Source of the DNA: Vitrella brassicaformis CCMP3155
Lineage: Eukaryota > Protista > Chromerida
Reading direction: 5' to 3'
DNA length: 64,000 bases
Assembly: GCA_001179505.1 (NCBI GenBank)
Contig: CDMY01000748.1
Span: forward strand, 62,001-126,000
The notes beneath the pieces are model-generated. The model did not search any database. It worked only from the letters and a program-made list of their open reading frames with translations, and was not told where the DNA came from. The position numbers and the translations under genes were made by a program. Position 1 is the stretch's first letter; every line of letters begins with the position of its first letter. Of the stretch, positions 12,740-25,889 are shown one piece after another.

Positions 12740-12986
12740 ACCCAAGATCTTTGCGGACGGCCCTCCTCTCGCGGTTTCCTTGGCGCGAGCTTGAGATTCA
12801 AACCCTGAACCCCAAACCCCACGCGACTGCGCGGAATCAACACAGGCGAGGACGGTAGATGGCGTCACACCGACAGCTGCCAAGGAGGGGCTGATCGTGC
12901 TGAGTGCTGCTGGTTTGTTTTGGAGCCGTGGGTGGTGCTGCCTGCCGTCGGTGGCGGTGTTTGAGTGTAGCGTTCCATCGTCAGTC

Positions 12987-13944
12987 ATGTTGACTGGGTT
13001 GCTGTATCTGTTTGTGTGGCTGTCTGCCCTGTTTGCGTGGATCTATCACACCTACCCCTTCCCCTTCTTCATCAACGGCAGATGGTACTGGGTCAGGTAC
13101 GACACACGCCGCACACACGTGCCTGACATGAAATGCCATCCTATCCCATGGTGTGTGGCTGTTCTCTTCAGATGGTACTGCTACCCGAACGGCGACGTGG
13201 CGCGCAAGCTGCAGAGCCAGATCAGCCAGATCACGGCGTCGACCATCGGGTGTCTGCTCGACTACCGCATCTTCCAGGACGTCAATGCGTTCAGCAACAA
13301 GATACTCGTCGTCGCGTTCGACTTCTGGACCGCTCAGCCCGTCTTCTTCAACTGCGTGTTCCGATCTGACCTGCCCACTGAGATAGAGGAGAAAATGCCA
13401 CAGGGGTGAGTGAGCAGACAAAGGGGAATGAAGACACATGCAGGCGGCAGAATCACGCTGGCTGTGGTGGTGTTCCTGTGTGTGTGGTGTGTGCAGGTTG
13501 CGCAATACGCCTATTCTTCATCTGGGCCTCGTTATGACGCTGCCGTCGCACCAGGCATGGACATCCATGAGCAGACGACAGCCGGGGAGAGAGGGGTCGG
13601 TCACATGTGTGCTGCTGTGTGTGTCTGGTGTGTGTGTGCAGGGTCGTCACTTGCAGCGTTTCTCGATACTGAACATATGGCTGTGGCTCTTCTTCAACAA
13701 GAAGACCAAGTGCATCCTCACGGACATCGGCAACTCATCGTCGAGCACCAGGTAGCCTCCCTACACACAGGCAAGAATGAGTGAGGGGCCACATGTGTGT
13801 GTCTATGTGTCTGTGTGTGTGTGTGCAGGTTGTGGGCTGACAATTTGTTGGATCCGTTCCCCAACTACCACAAGTGGGAGCTGGTGCCCAAGAAGTGGCA
13901 CACACTCACCGCACACTACATGCTGCAAAACTACAAAATGTAAA

Positions 13945-13979
<35 letters not shown>

Positions 13980-14344
13980 CTCTTACCTTCTCTGTGTATA
14001 TGTGTGTATCTGTGTGAATCAGTGAGTTCGGTAGCAGTCTGTCGGCGACTTTTGACCTGGAGAGTTTCGTGGTCCGCGGGTCGAACGCCAAGGAGGGCGG
14101 CGGCGCCCACCAGCTGATCAAGTTCAACAAGACCCGCGAGGCCCGCAACAGGAAGGTCCTCGACTTCTACCAGAAGCACCTCAAACTCTCTGCCGAAGAC
14201 GAGGTCTTCCACGTCGCCGTAAGTGGCACACACACGCGCACACACGAGATGGGCAACAATGCATCCTTTGTGGCATTTTGTGTGCAGGTCGCGTCTATCC
14301 CGCACTTTCTGTTCGGCACTGCGGCGGTGCAGGAGTTCATATGA
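12987..14344 (+). CDS. Hypothetical protein with N-terminal signal anchor, ~7 exons
   Basis: MLTGLLYLFVWLSALFAWIY hydrophobic N-terminus. Successive GT-AG exons give globular-looking sequence ending AVQEFI*. No family recognised. Confidence 0.6.
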
Positions 14345-16559
14345 GCCGGCAGGGGGCAAACGGATGGCCCTATTTCTCTTTCTCTTGCTTCCTCGGTCAC
14401 TTACTCGTCTGATGCGTGTGTGCGTGTGTGTGGGGGGGGTGTGGATGGGCAGGAGGGAGACGAGCAGGGGATCTTTATGCCTTTACGTCGCCCTGTCTGT
14501 GCGGCCGGCTGCCTCGATAGCTGACAGCCGCCCGCCCCCCCGCCTGCATATTTCTTTGTCCGGATGGATGTGTGTCTGTATGTTTGGGGTCGATTTAAGG
14601 GGTTTCGTGGCTGCACATGGATGCGCCCATTGCAGCTGTGGTCGATCATGGCAGCACACTTCAGCTAATGGATGGACGAATGGGAGATGAGCGGCTGGAG
14701 AGTCGGTGCTCTTTTTCGATGATGCAAGCAACCAATGCATGCAGCCAGCCGTGTGTGTACGTGTGTAAGGGTGTAGGTCTCTCTGAATCTGCGGACGGAG
14801 CCTCAGGGGGGCCAAGACACGAACGACTGAGAGGACGGGCCGGTGCGTGTTTCGACCTTCTTTTGTTTTTTCCGTTCCGTTGGGTTCGTTTGACCCCTCT
14901 TCGTAGCGATGGAATGATTGTGATGGCCCTTTTTCCCGTGTGGGCTGATCCCCTCTGTCTGGCTCGCCGACCTCACCTGTGTCGATAGCGTCCTTCTTAT
15001 TTGACCATGTGGCCTGCCGTCCTGCCCGTCTGTCTGTCTGTCTGTGTACTCTGTGCGTGTGTGTGACGTCGTCTCTTGTCGATCGCTCAGTTTTGTCGAA
15101 GTGTCCCCCCCTCCCTGCCCCTTCGTTCTTGTCTGCCTTGCTTCTATTCTACCTGGCCACTAGCTCATCTGCCATCTGCTGAACGACTTTGATCGACTGG
15201 TGCCGTTTGTGCGGATGCCCGGTTGTCGTCTTCGGTCTTGGTGTCAGGCAGTCATGGTGATGCAATCGGCAAATGGTTGCGGTACCTCGACGCTCGGCAT
15301 CAGGGCCACAGACGGAGAGAGGCAGCTGCCAAGGCATGACCTAAATCGATGTGATGGACATCCATCAATGTTGGCTTGTGGTTGACGTGTCATGCTGGGA
15401 GCGGTAACGGCTCCTTCGTGCCGGTGATCCCCGGCACTGAGGATCCGTTGCCCATGCCGGTGCAGACACATCAATCACAGGCCATGGGCTTGGGAGAATG
15501 GCAAAAGATATCCGCAGCGTTTTGCGATTCGTCGAGTGAATGTGTGTCTTGGCTTCCGTTGCTGTTTTGGGTAAGCTACTGGTACATGTCGTCACCCTCT
15601 CTGCATTCCTCCGTTTCTCGTGCTCGTCCCTCTCTCTCGCTCTCTGTCTCTGTGTCTGTGGGAAGGTACGGTATATTGCGAAGCGCAATTTAAGCTGTCA
15701 TGGTGCGTCGATTCGTTGATCGTGATGGGTGGACGGATGGATGGATGTGTGGATCTGTGGATGTCTGCATTCCTTCGTGTGCACGTCGAATCATTCCACT
15801 CACTCCATGGCATTCTCGCTTACGTGAATTTGTGTGTGCGTTTGGTGGCTGCATGGCTGGCGATGCGATGTGGCTATTGCGATGTGGCGCGATGCCGCAT
15901 CGATCTGACTCACTGACCCCCATGGACGGACGGACGGACGGACACTTTCAGTTCCCGTGTGCAATGATACTTATGGTCACTGTGTGGGCAGAGATGCGAC
16001 AAGCGCATTGCAAGGTGACCTTGGGATGGTCTGTCTGTGTGTGGTGGATGGCCTGCTGTGCGGCAGCGTCGCCCTCGTCGACTCGCGGCAGCTGGATGTA
16101 GCACGCCTCATTCACACCACTGGGGCGTCTGTGCCCGTCTTGCACACTGTCGCCCTCCGGCCCTGCACACCGGGGGCGCGCTGCGTGGGCAGCGAGCGGA
16201 TCACTTGCGGGGGGCGTCTCGGGAGCTCGTGTGGCTAAGATGTGGGGTTTCACGGAGAGATTCCTCGCAAAACAATCCAGTTTTTGCAGGGAACTCTCGT
16301 AGTTTTTCCCCTAGTCGCAGACCTCTCCTCCTCCTCCTCCTCCTCCTCCTCCTCCTCGCTCTCCAAGGAATACGACAGCCGTCCTATGGGACTCTGAGGA
16401 CTCATCGGCAGAGAGGGCCTGACGAGCGTTCCTGCTCACAAGAGCTTGATTCGACCCTGAAAGAGAGCCTCGGTGCTCTGCGAGGCTAAGAGAGCGCTGC
16501 GATAGTGCGTCCTTTGATAGTGGTGTTATTTGGTTGAGCATGGGAGGGAGGGCAGCTCA

Positions 16560-18256
16560 GCCGCCGTCTGTTGGTTGACGTGTCGGGTACGGCCTTGTGC
16601 AGCCTGACGGAGATTATTTATTATTTGGAGGGCGCCAGGCGCAAACCGCCTATCGCCGACGCTGACGTGGCCTTCCCGACTGAACCAACTGACTACCTGC
16701 AGGTAATTGCACTCCGCACTGAGAGCGCCAAGAGCAGTTTAGTGCAGACAGGACACAGGATGATGCCCATGCGTGCATGCAGCCAGGCAGCCTGGGATGT
16801 GATGTGCCCTTCCTTTTGCCTGTGTCGTGTGCGTTGCGTTGCGTTGGCCAGGTGTGGCGTGTCAAGGAGGTGGTGGACCCTTCAGCCCCGGAATCGTCCT
16901 CCCGGCGCGTCCGCATCGACGATCCCATCCCGCTGCTGTCCCCCGACGGCACCGCATTCGTGCCCCCCTGTTTGGACAGTGAGGAGGTCTACACCATCCT
17001 GCACATTCGGTGCGAGGCGAGCGGGCAGAGGAGGAGTGTGGGTGTGGGTGGTGCTGGCGCGCCTTGTTGCGTCGAGGGCGACCTGGCTAGAGTGCTCGAG
17101 GAGAGTGAGACCAACGTCAGGGAATACACCAGACAAACCACGGTCGGTGAGAGGGAGGGATGGAGGGAGGGAGGGAGATGTGCACTCCAGGGCATTAAGA
17201 GGTGTGGGTGTTTGTGTGGGTGTTTGTGTGGTCAGTCGTGGGCGTTGCAGCACAGCGATAGTCTGCATTCGCGGCCATCCCCCTCCCCATCCTCCCCATC
17301 TCCCGTGTCGCGTGTGATTCGGTGTGACTGCTATTCGTGGATCGGCACACACGCACCCGACCAAGTCGAGGTCAGTCAGCATCGCTGTCACTTATCCATT
17401 GATCGGTCTCATGCTCTCTCTCTCTCTCTGTGGTGTCATTGTCATGGTCTGTATGTCTGTGGTGGTGGGTGGTGTGGGTGCGGTGCAGTGTCATGGTGAT
17501 TTTCTGGCCACAAAGCTGCAGCAGGTGCTCGTAGATTGGGGACTGTTCAAGAGGTACGGTTTGTACTCACGTTGACCTCTTGAACACGGGCGTCATGTCA
17601 CGTGTTGGCCATTTCTGCTCTTCTGGTTTGGTTCGTTCGTTCGTCAGGTACTGGTGCGAGTTGGCCGCATCGTTTGTCCTCCTTCCGCCATCGCCCGACG
17701 CCGCATCGCTTACACCCCTCCATACCACATATGGTCAGCCAGCATACTACACACCCCACACAACCAACCGTCATGGCTGTAACAATGCATGTAACGGTGC
17801 ATCGCTCGTTCAGGCGCCCTGGCGTCCCGCAATTTGTTCCTGCACAATCTCTGTTCTCCCCACCCCGTCAACAACCTCACCGCCCATGACGACGGCGAGG
17901 CCATGCGGACGTACAGCAGTGGGCGTGGGGCGGGTGTGGCCTTGGACACCGATCGCACCATCGCCCGTCCGTCGCTGGGCACACCCCCGCCGGCGTCAGG
18001 CCAGGTGTGTGCGCGGTACGAGGAGCTGAGCAGAGTGCTGTGTAGTATGGTGGACCAGGGGGTGCACCTGACACCTTCCACCGCACCTGCACAAACACAC
18101 GTACGTATGCACTGACTGACTGATGAGCGGATGGGTGGACGGGCGTGGCGCCTGCGTCGATGGATGGTTCCTCTCTGTACGTGCCTTGGTCTGTGTGTGC
18201 AGAAGGGTGCGCCTGACGAGCGCGTGGCCTCAAAGACAAATGGCACCCGTCTCTGA
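16560..18256 (+). CDS. Hypothetical multi-exon coding region; may be the 5' part of the following gene
   Basis: Coding-like exons (LVDVSGTALCSLTEIIYYLEG..., VWRVKEVVDP..., VLVDWGLFKR|YWCELAASF...) with canonical splice sites. Start codon and junction to the next gene are unresolved. Confidence 0.45.
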
Positions 18257-21200
18257 GGCTCGAGAGACGCGCCGACAGAGACAGCAACAAAGCCGACACC
18301 CCCCCGCGCCCCTATCGGCCACCAGCTCAGATGCAAGCTCGGCATTCCAGACGCCTGGCCGCAACAAGGAGGCGGTGGTGGTGGGCGAGCATCAGCACCA
18401 GCATCACCACCCCGCCGCCGAGCCAGCGGCGCCGTATGCGGCAGCCCCGGTGCTGACGCGGGGTGGCGGGAAGAAGCCTGTGGTGCCCGCGGTGATGCCA
18501 CGGCTCAACCTGGCGGGGCTGGCGGACGTCAAACCCAAGATATCACCCAGACCCGCCGGAGCGCAGCCCACTGCCGGTGCTTCTCTCGGTGGTGGTGGCG
18601 GTGATGTGAGCCACAGGAAGGGGTCATCTCGGCAAGGGCGGCACCGTGCTGACGAGACGTCTGCATCTGTGTCGGCTGACATGATGGACACCGACATGGC
18701 AGACCATCACCGGTATAGATGCACCTCGCCGCCGCCCATTCGCCTGACGCCGCCAGTGGCGCAGCCGAGCGAGAAACGGCCGCAGAAGAGCGAGCCGCCC
18801 TCTCTCAGCCACCTCGTCAGCCCGCTGCCGCCGCCCAACACACCGATGGTGTCACGGCCGCCCTCTCCCCGCCCTTCCCGACAGAGCTCTTTCGAGGACA
18901 TGAGTAGCAGCACCCAGCAGCAGAGGGTGGGTGATTTTAGAATGTAACACAGACACGTGACGCGGATGCACTGTGTATGTCTTGCATTTTGTATGTCTGT
19001 ATCAGGCGTGTCTGAGCTTCCTTCATCCGCATCGCCTCGCCCCCCCTTCCAACCACATGCCCGGGCCGAGCAGCATCCTTTTCTCCAACGCGCCCACAAG
19101 TATGCGTGTCGAGTCACAACGCAACGTCCCATCCATCGCGCACACACATCGACCCGTGTGTGTGTATTCCTTCTTGTTCGTGCGTTCAGTCTATGAGCTT
19201 GGAAGGTCGCTGATACCCGCCCATGGATTGGTGCAGGAGCTGCTGGAGCTGCAGTTGAAACACAAGTATGAAAACCACACCAGCACCGTCACATTGCGGC
19301 ATTCGTATGCATGCCTTGTTTTTCTGCCGGTGTGTGTGTACCATTCAGGACACTGCAAAAGGCTTGTCAGCGCGTCAAGGAAGCCCAGAGAGCCCACAAG
19401 ATCGGGCGGCGCAACAGCTTCTCGTGAGTTCCGCCCGGCACAGCGAAAGGCACACGTGACTGACATCGACCGATTTGTCTTTCTCGCTTCCCATTTCTCT
19501 GCCATCAGGCGCCACACGGAGCAGCAGATACAGCAGCTGAAGGACCAAGTGCGGGCCCTCGAGGACGACCACTCGGAGAAGGGCAAACGCACCAGGTGAG
19601 CCCTTACACACACATACATATACACAATGCTCGCCCAGCCACAAGAGCGCACTTCGTCTTTTCCTAGGTTTATCGAGGCTCTCGAGGACAGCAAGGAACG
19701 GGCGGAGGCCGAGCTGCAGGTGGCCAGACAAAAGATCACCGACGAAAGCCGGTATGTCCGCCTTGCCAGCACACGCACCGACATCGCATTCGTCTCTGTG
19801 TGTGGCCTTTCTTCTGCTGTGTGTGCAGTCGAGTCGCAATGTTGGAGCGGGCCAAGCAGCAGCTCGAGCAGCAGCTGGGACAGCGCGACGCCGCCATCAG
19901 GTGACCACCACACACACATGTGAATGGACTCATTCCCACTCACACTTACACCCGCTCCCTCCCTCCCTCCCTCCCTCCCTCGTGTGTGTTGTGTGTGACG
20001 TCAGCCGTCTGACCGAACAGCTGGCCGACACCCAAATAAAAGTCACCGAGCTCGAGCACGAGACCGTGCTGCTCTCGGAAGCGGCGGATGAAGCGACGGA
20101 GCGCCAACTCGACACGATCAACACGTACGTGAGCGGGGCAAGCCGGGTCGACACACATGCACTCATTGAATTGATGTGTATGTGGGTGTGTGTGTGTGTG
20201 TGTTGCCGTGGGTCAGGCTGGAGGAGGAGCAGCGCCAGCGGCTCATGCAGCACCGCATCAAGATGCACAAGAAGGTGGCCAAGGTCGCGGCGCGCCGGAA
20301 GAAGCTCGCCGAGGGGTCAAAGCTGCTTGTCGGCCAGCGCACCAACCTCACACAAAAGCTGGTACGTTCCCTCCCTTGTGATTGCTTTCTATGCGTCCAC
20401 GTTTCCCTCCGTTGTGTATGTGTCCAGGAGACGTCTGCGAGCGCTCGATTCCTTCTGTCGGCCGTGTTTCAAGCCTGGAAACAGACCTCCCCGCCCACCA
20501 GACACCAAGTGAGAATATACATACATCGGTGTGCGTCGCCTCCTCTCTCTCTCTTGTTGGTTGCCTTACTTACCTCTTGTCGCTTCTTTGGTGTGTTGCA
20601 GCAGCAGGTCGACAGTGCTGCCGTCGACTGGCTGCTGGAGGAGGAGCGGCGCTTCTACAAGGGCATCATACAGGACTACAAGGAAGAGATCACCGCAAAC
20701 GCCCGTTACGTGGAGCGAGAGCTGGGGCACATGCGCGATGAGCTCGGCTGGACGAAAGCCGACCTGGAGGTGGCGCGGAAGGTGAGCGAGAGGCGCGGGC
20801 AGCTGAGATTCGTCATCCATGGGTCGACTGTGATGTGTGGGTATTATGTAGGACGCCTCGCCGGCCACGAACATCCATCTCGCATCTGTGTCGATGGCAA
20901 GAACTCTCAGCCAGGAGCTGAGAAGTCTCCTCGTCGAGAGGGAGGCGGAGATAGAGGTGGAGAGGGAGAGGAACGACTACGCTGCGTAAGCTTACTTACA
21001 CCCACACACCCACCCACACACGCAACTGATGGATAGATCGATGATGCATTCACACACTGTCTACCTTTTTGGTCAGGTTCGATAATGAGCGCCTGGAAGG
21101 GCGTGTTGCTGACCTGACTCAGCAGCTAGCGGCTGTGATGCAGGAACGTGACACACTACAGGTGGGTCCACAAAGCATCTGTCTCATGATGTGTCTGTCC

Positions 21201-24200
21201 ACACACACCTTGCCAACACCTGCACCTGCAGGCTCACCTGACCGAGGCGAGAGCTGCTGGTCCATCGTCAGCACCACCTCTTGCCGCCCCGCCCGCGCCA
21301 CCCGCTGGACCCTCTCCCCCCACACAGCAGACGGACGGAGGGCTTTTCGTCGAGCCAAACCCCCAGTCGTCGGTCGTGGCTGAGGAGGTAGAGGGGCCTG
21401 CCAGTAGCCAGAGGGGGAGTTTGGAAGGGGGTGGGGGTGGTGTGCAGTACCCCCCGCCGCATCTTGTGAGACGTGACCTAATGCCTGATTCGGAAGACTT
21501 GTTGCCGCCCGTCGTGCTGCCCGGCCTGCCCGTCAGCCGCGACCTCTCGCAGCAGCGGAATGGTGCATCGATCGCGCCGGAACAGCCGCAGACGTTCCAA
21601 CAAGCCCCAACTCTCGTCCAGGTCAGACAGCAGAAGACACACGTGCAGTGTAACCATACACACTTACATTCCTCATGACGCACGTGTCATGATGCGTTCA
21701 GCCTGACGATGCTCATGAGGAGGAGGATCTGCCGCCGCCCGTGGTCCTGCCCGACCACCACGCGCAGCAGGAGGCGCCCCAGCAGCTGTCAGAGGAGGCT
21801 CGCGGCAACGGCGAGATCCACGATATGGAGCGGGTACTCGACGGAGCCCAACAGCCCGACCAACGTCTCATCCAGGTACCTGACTTGCCAGCCAGCCAGC
21901 CAAAACGAGAAACACGCTCTCGCTCCAGCCAGCAGCTCATCTGTGTTCTCTCTGTGTGTGTGGATGTAGGATGTGGGTGGCGTGTCTGACATCCAGGAGG
22001 GCCCGCGCCGCCTGATTCAGCCACCACAGGAGGAAGAACAATACACTCAGGTCGGAGCTGCTGCAGCTGCCGCGGGCGGCGTGCAGTACGGCCTCCCACC
22101 TGCCGAACATCCAGCAGCACAGGATGTTCGACTCGACCAGGAGGAGGGTCATGCTGGCCTGCAGGAGGAGATCGAGCAGCAGCTGCTTCTGCATGAGGAG
22201 GAGCTCGAGGGACCAGCGGGCGAGGCGGCGGGATACCAAGGCGAGGATGAGGAACAAGTAGAGTACCGTGACGATGCTATCGCTCAGGTGAGGACACTGG
22301 AGAGATCAACGGTACATACAGATGTCATGGGTGTGTGTGTGTAATGTGTTGTGTTGTGTGTCATTCGTCAGCCGCTTGACATCGGCGAGGGTGCGGACCG
22401 CTTTGACGAGGAAGGGGAGGGCGAAGGAGAGGAGGAGGAGGAGGGCGACACACCAGCTGCCGAGCCCCAGGGGGCGCCTGGCAATGTCGAGATCAGCATC
22501 CCTGAGGAAGCGGGCATCAGACAGGACGGCAGATACACTGAGGCCGCCAGCAGTGGGGAGAAGTCTGTCGGGACGGAGCGGCTGGTGCAGCAGACGGTTG
22601 GCACTATGACAGCGGGCCTGATCTCGCTGGCCGAGAAGACCACCAACACTTACACGGGGCTCTTCCAGTCCACCATTGGCACCAACACGGCCAAAGCGTC
22701 CCTCCACAGCAGCACCACCCAGGCCAGCCCCTCTGTCCGCGCGAAGTCCACCGACACGGCCGCTCTGCCATGGGGGGAGGAGAAGAGCGTTCAGGCAGTG
22801 CCCCCGCCTCCTGCACCCACACACGAGGCGGCAGTGATGGCCGTCAGCACCATGCAGGAGGAGGGAATCAATACTGAGAAGGCTCACGTGAGGGAGGCGG
22901 GCACGGCCACCGTCAACGTGCAGACGCAGGAGGGGGGAAGCGACACACGAGGCCTGGTGGCTACAGCCACCAAACAGGTGAGCCAGCAGGACTGAGAGAG
23001 AGGGGGGGGGACATTCACGGGTAAATGGACGCTTGTATGACTTCGATCGCTTTCAGGTTGCTGCTGTTCTGTCGACCGAACCATTCTCGCAGCAAACCGG
23101 CGCGAGCGTCTTCTCTCTCCGCCACAGCACCACTGACCCACTCCCTTCGCCCCGCATCCCTGCCCTGCCCCTGCCGTACCCAGCAGCAGCAGCGGCAGCA
23201 GCAGCCAATGGGGCAGGTGACTCGGCTGTAGGATACCACGACAACGCTCCAGCGGTGTCACGGCCGAAGGAGGAGGCGTGGGAGATGCCGCGCATCCCCG
23301 AGTACATCCCGCGGCAGCCCGACATTCACGCCTACCCTGTGTTCATGACCGACAGCAGCGAGGACGGCCCCTCTGCCCCATCAGCCCAGACACAGACACA
23401 GCAGCAACAGCAGCAGCACCAGGAGGCTGAGCCATCGGCGGGCAAGAAGGACAGGGCCCCGTCGCGTGTGTCCAACGGCATCGCCGGCCCGCCCCCCAAG
23501 AAGCTGTCGGCGAAACGGCGCGTTGTCGGCAAGAGAGAGGAGGAGACCAACACCAACTCCAACTGCAACAGCAACACTTCCTCTGCCATCGTGTCGAAGC
23601 CCATAAGCGCGTTGAAGCTTCGTCTGGGACCGGGCGGCGGGATTGGGAGTGCAGAGGGCGTTCCTGTGGGTGTGGGTGTGAGTGCTGCGAAGGAGGTCCA
23701 TGTGCCGCGCAAGACGGGCGGGCTGCAGAAGAGCGTGACGACCGGCGATCGGGATCGAGACACCAAGGGCAGAGAGGGCAAGGGCAACGGGAGTGGGCCC
23801 GGCAGTGGGCTGAGCAAGGTGGCCGCGGCCATCGCCGGCCAGCAGCAGTCTCCCAAGGGGCCGCCGGGACAGCTGCAGCAGCCACATCTCAAAGTAAGGA
23901 GGACAGAACACCGTCGCAGGGCAGGCAAGCAGTGGGATTGTGTTGTGTCTCTGACTGACATTGATTGCAGCGTCTGCCGACAGGCCCGTCGGTATACAAG
24001 CGGATGGTGCCTGCAGCCCAGCAGCCACCCCAGTACAGACAGCCGCCAGCCGTCCGAGCAGCCCCCAAAGAGGCGCCGACCAAGAAAGTGGCAGCCCCCG
24101 CCCCCTCTACTGACACACACAGCAGCTACCCCCCTCCTCGCCCGAGCGCCCCCGCCCCAGTAGGCATGGGCATGCCAGTGCTGCCGCCTCCAGTGCTGCC

Positions 24201-24591
24201 GCCTCATTATCATGGCTTCCCCTTCTACCACCCGATGGCCATGCCGCCCCCGGGGTATCACCATCTGAATGAGGACATGGACCTCACGCGACGGTCGGTC
24301 GGCCCGCCAGCACCGCCGCCGCCACCGCTGCCGCTGCCGCAGACAATTTGGCCGCAGAGCAGCCAGTCGTTCTACATGAGCAGCGGCACAGCGCACACGG
24401 CCACCAGTGTGGGTGGGACTGTGCACCAGCACATGCCGGTGCTGCTGGGGGACTATCAGCACATGCCGTTGCTGCTGGGGGACTATCGTGTTGTGATGCA
24501 CCCACACCCCCCCCACCACCACCTGCAGCAGCAGCAGCAGCAGCCGGGGTCTTCGCACCTGCCATCGCAGTACCACGCCCACCATGGCTGA
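18240..24591 (+). CDS. Large multi-exon coiled-coil / low-complexity protein (acidic middle, Pro/His/Gln-rich C-terminus)
   Basis: More than 15 exons. Heptad-rich segments (QIQQLKDQVRALEDD, LTEQLADTQIKVTELEHE, ERELGHMRDELGWTKADLE) are followed by long disordered exons ending SQYHAHHG* at 24591. Confidence 0.7.
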
Positions 24592-25219
24592 GGGGTGGGT
24601 GTGCTGCACAGGACAGAGATAAGCGCGGCACACCATCATTTGTATGTGTGTGTGTGTGTGTGCGTGTGTGTGCGGACAGGCTGACGATTGAGAGGAGGCT
24701 GGTAGAGGCTGCATATGGATGGATGGGTTGTTCCGTTATCGAGACTGTGCGTGAGTGGGGTGTTTTTTAAGACCGATCGGAATGAGACCAGATCACCATT
24801 TCATGACCGTGATGCATCAGTCAGCCCACAAACCCAATACCCACGCCAGGCATTCACTGCTCAGTGCCTGCCACTGTGAGTAGAGTTGAGTCAGCCTTTG
24901 CCACATGCCAACACTCACTGGCAGACACACACCACAGCACAGCACTGCCGGCCCGCCGGCCCTTGATGGAAAACGCCGACCATCCCAGCCCTTAAGAGAA
25001 CAGCCTGGCTGACCATTTTGATCAGACCCGAACTCACTCAATCACGCAAACCTCATGACGAAAATGACACACACAACACGCACACACACTCAGAGAAACA
25101 CAACACTGCGGTGGGTTGAGACATCCATCAGACCAGACACACTCACACAAAACCCAGGCAACCGCCACATGCTCTTGTGTGGGGGCATTCACGCATCGGC
25201 AGGGTTGTGGGCAGCAGGG

Positions 25220-25590
25220 CTACGAGTGCTGTGTGGCAGCGTAATTGTAAGGGTTGTAATAATAGCCTCTGTACAGTGGGACGGTCGTCACGAGCGTCTC
25301 ATCGACGGTGGTGTCGACCCCCACGACCTCATCGGTGGGCGGCACGCGCTCGCCTGTGTTCTCGAACCATATCAGCTCGGCCCTTCACGGCACCGGGGGC
25401 GTGTTGTAGGGGTACAGGCTGTAGCACAACACCTGCATTCATCGCACCACACACACGATTGAATGGCAATGTCTGCCCAGTTATTTCTTCCTTACCAGCG
25501 ATACTACTGGGCAGACATAAGCGCACTCACACACACAAGCGTCTGCATGAGCTCTCACGTACCGTGGCTGCCCACCTCTCCGAGGATGAT
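25220..25590 (-). pseudogene. Gene fragment with an 11-nt micro-exon and an in-frame TGA
   Basis: ...GEVGSH|VVSL|VLCYSLYPYNTPPVP*RAELIWFENTGERVPP...YYYNPYNYAATQHS* using GTACGT..CAG and GTAAG..CAG introns. No upstream start found. Confidence 0.35.
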
Positions 25591-25889
25591 CACGTCTCTC
25601 ACACAAAAACACACTCAAACAGATCTTTCGACGAGCGGTCCCCCAGAGACTCCGGGCCGAGACGCCAGCCCCCAGACGACCCCCCGAGAAAAAAGAGGGA
25701 AAGGTAGTAGTGGTGCGGTGTGCTAACTTTGAAAGCGACGGTGGCCTGTCTGAACGCACATTTCTCGACAATGCGAGACAGAACCTGTTGTCGAGAAATG
25801 GCGACGAATGAAAATATAATCTGTTTCCGGTGACTCCCTTTTCATCGCGTTCGCCGATGCTCCGACACCTGACACCGCCACCGGTGGGG

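Noticed and set aside
14400-16500. Numerous 60-150 aa ORFs
   Set aside because: Dominated by microsatellite translation (CVCV, THTH, WMDG) with no coherent exon chain.
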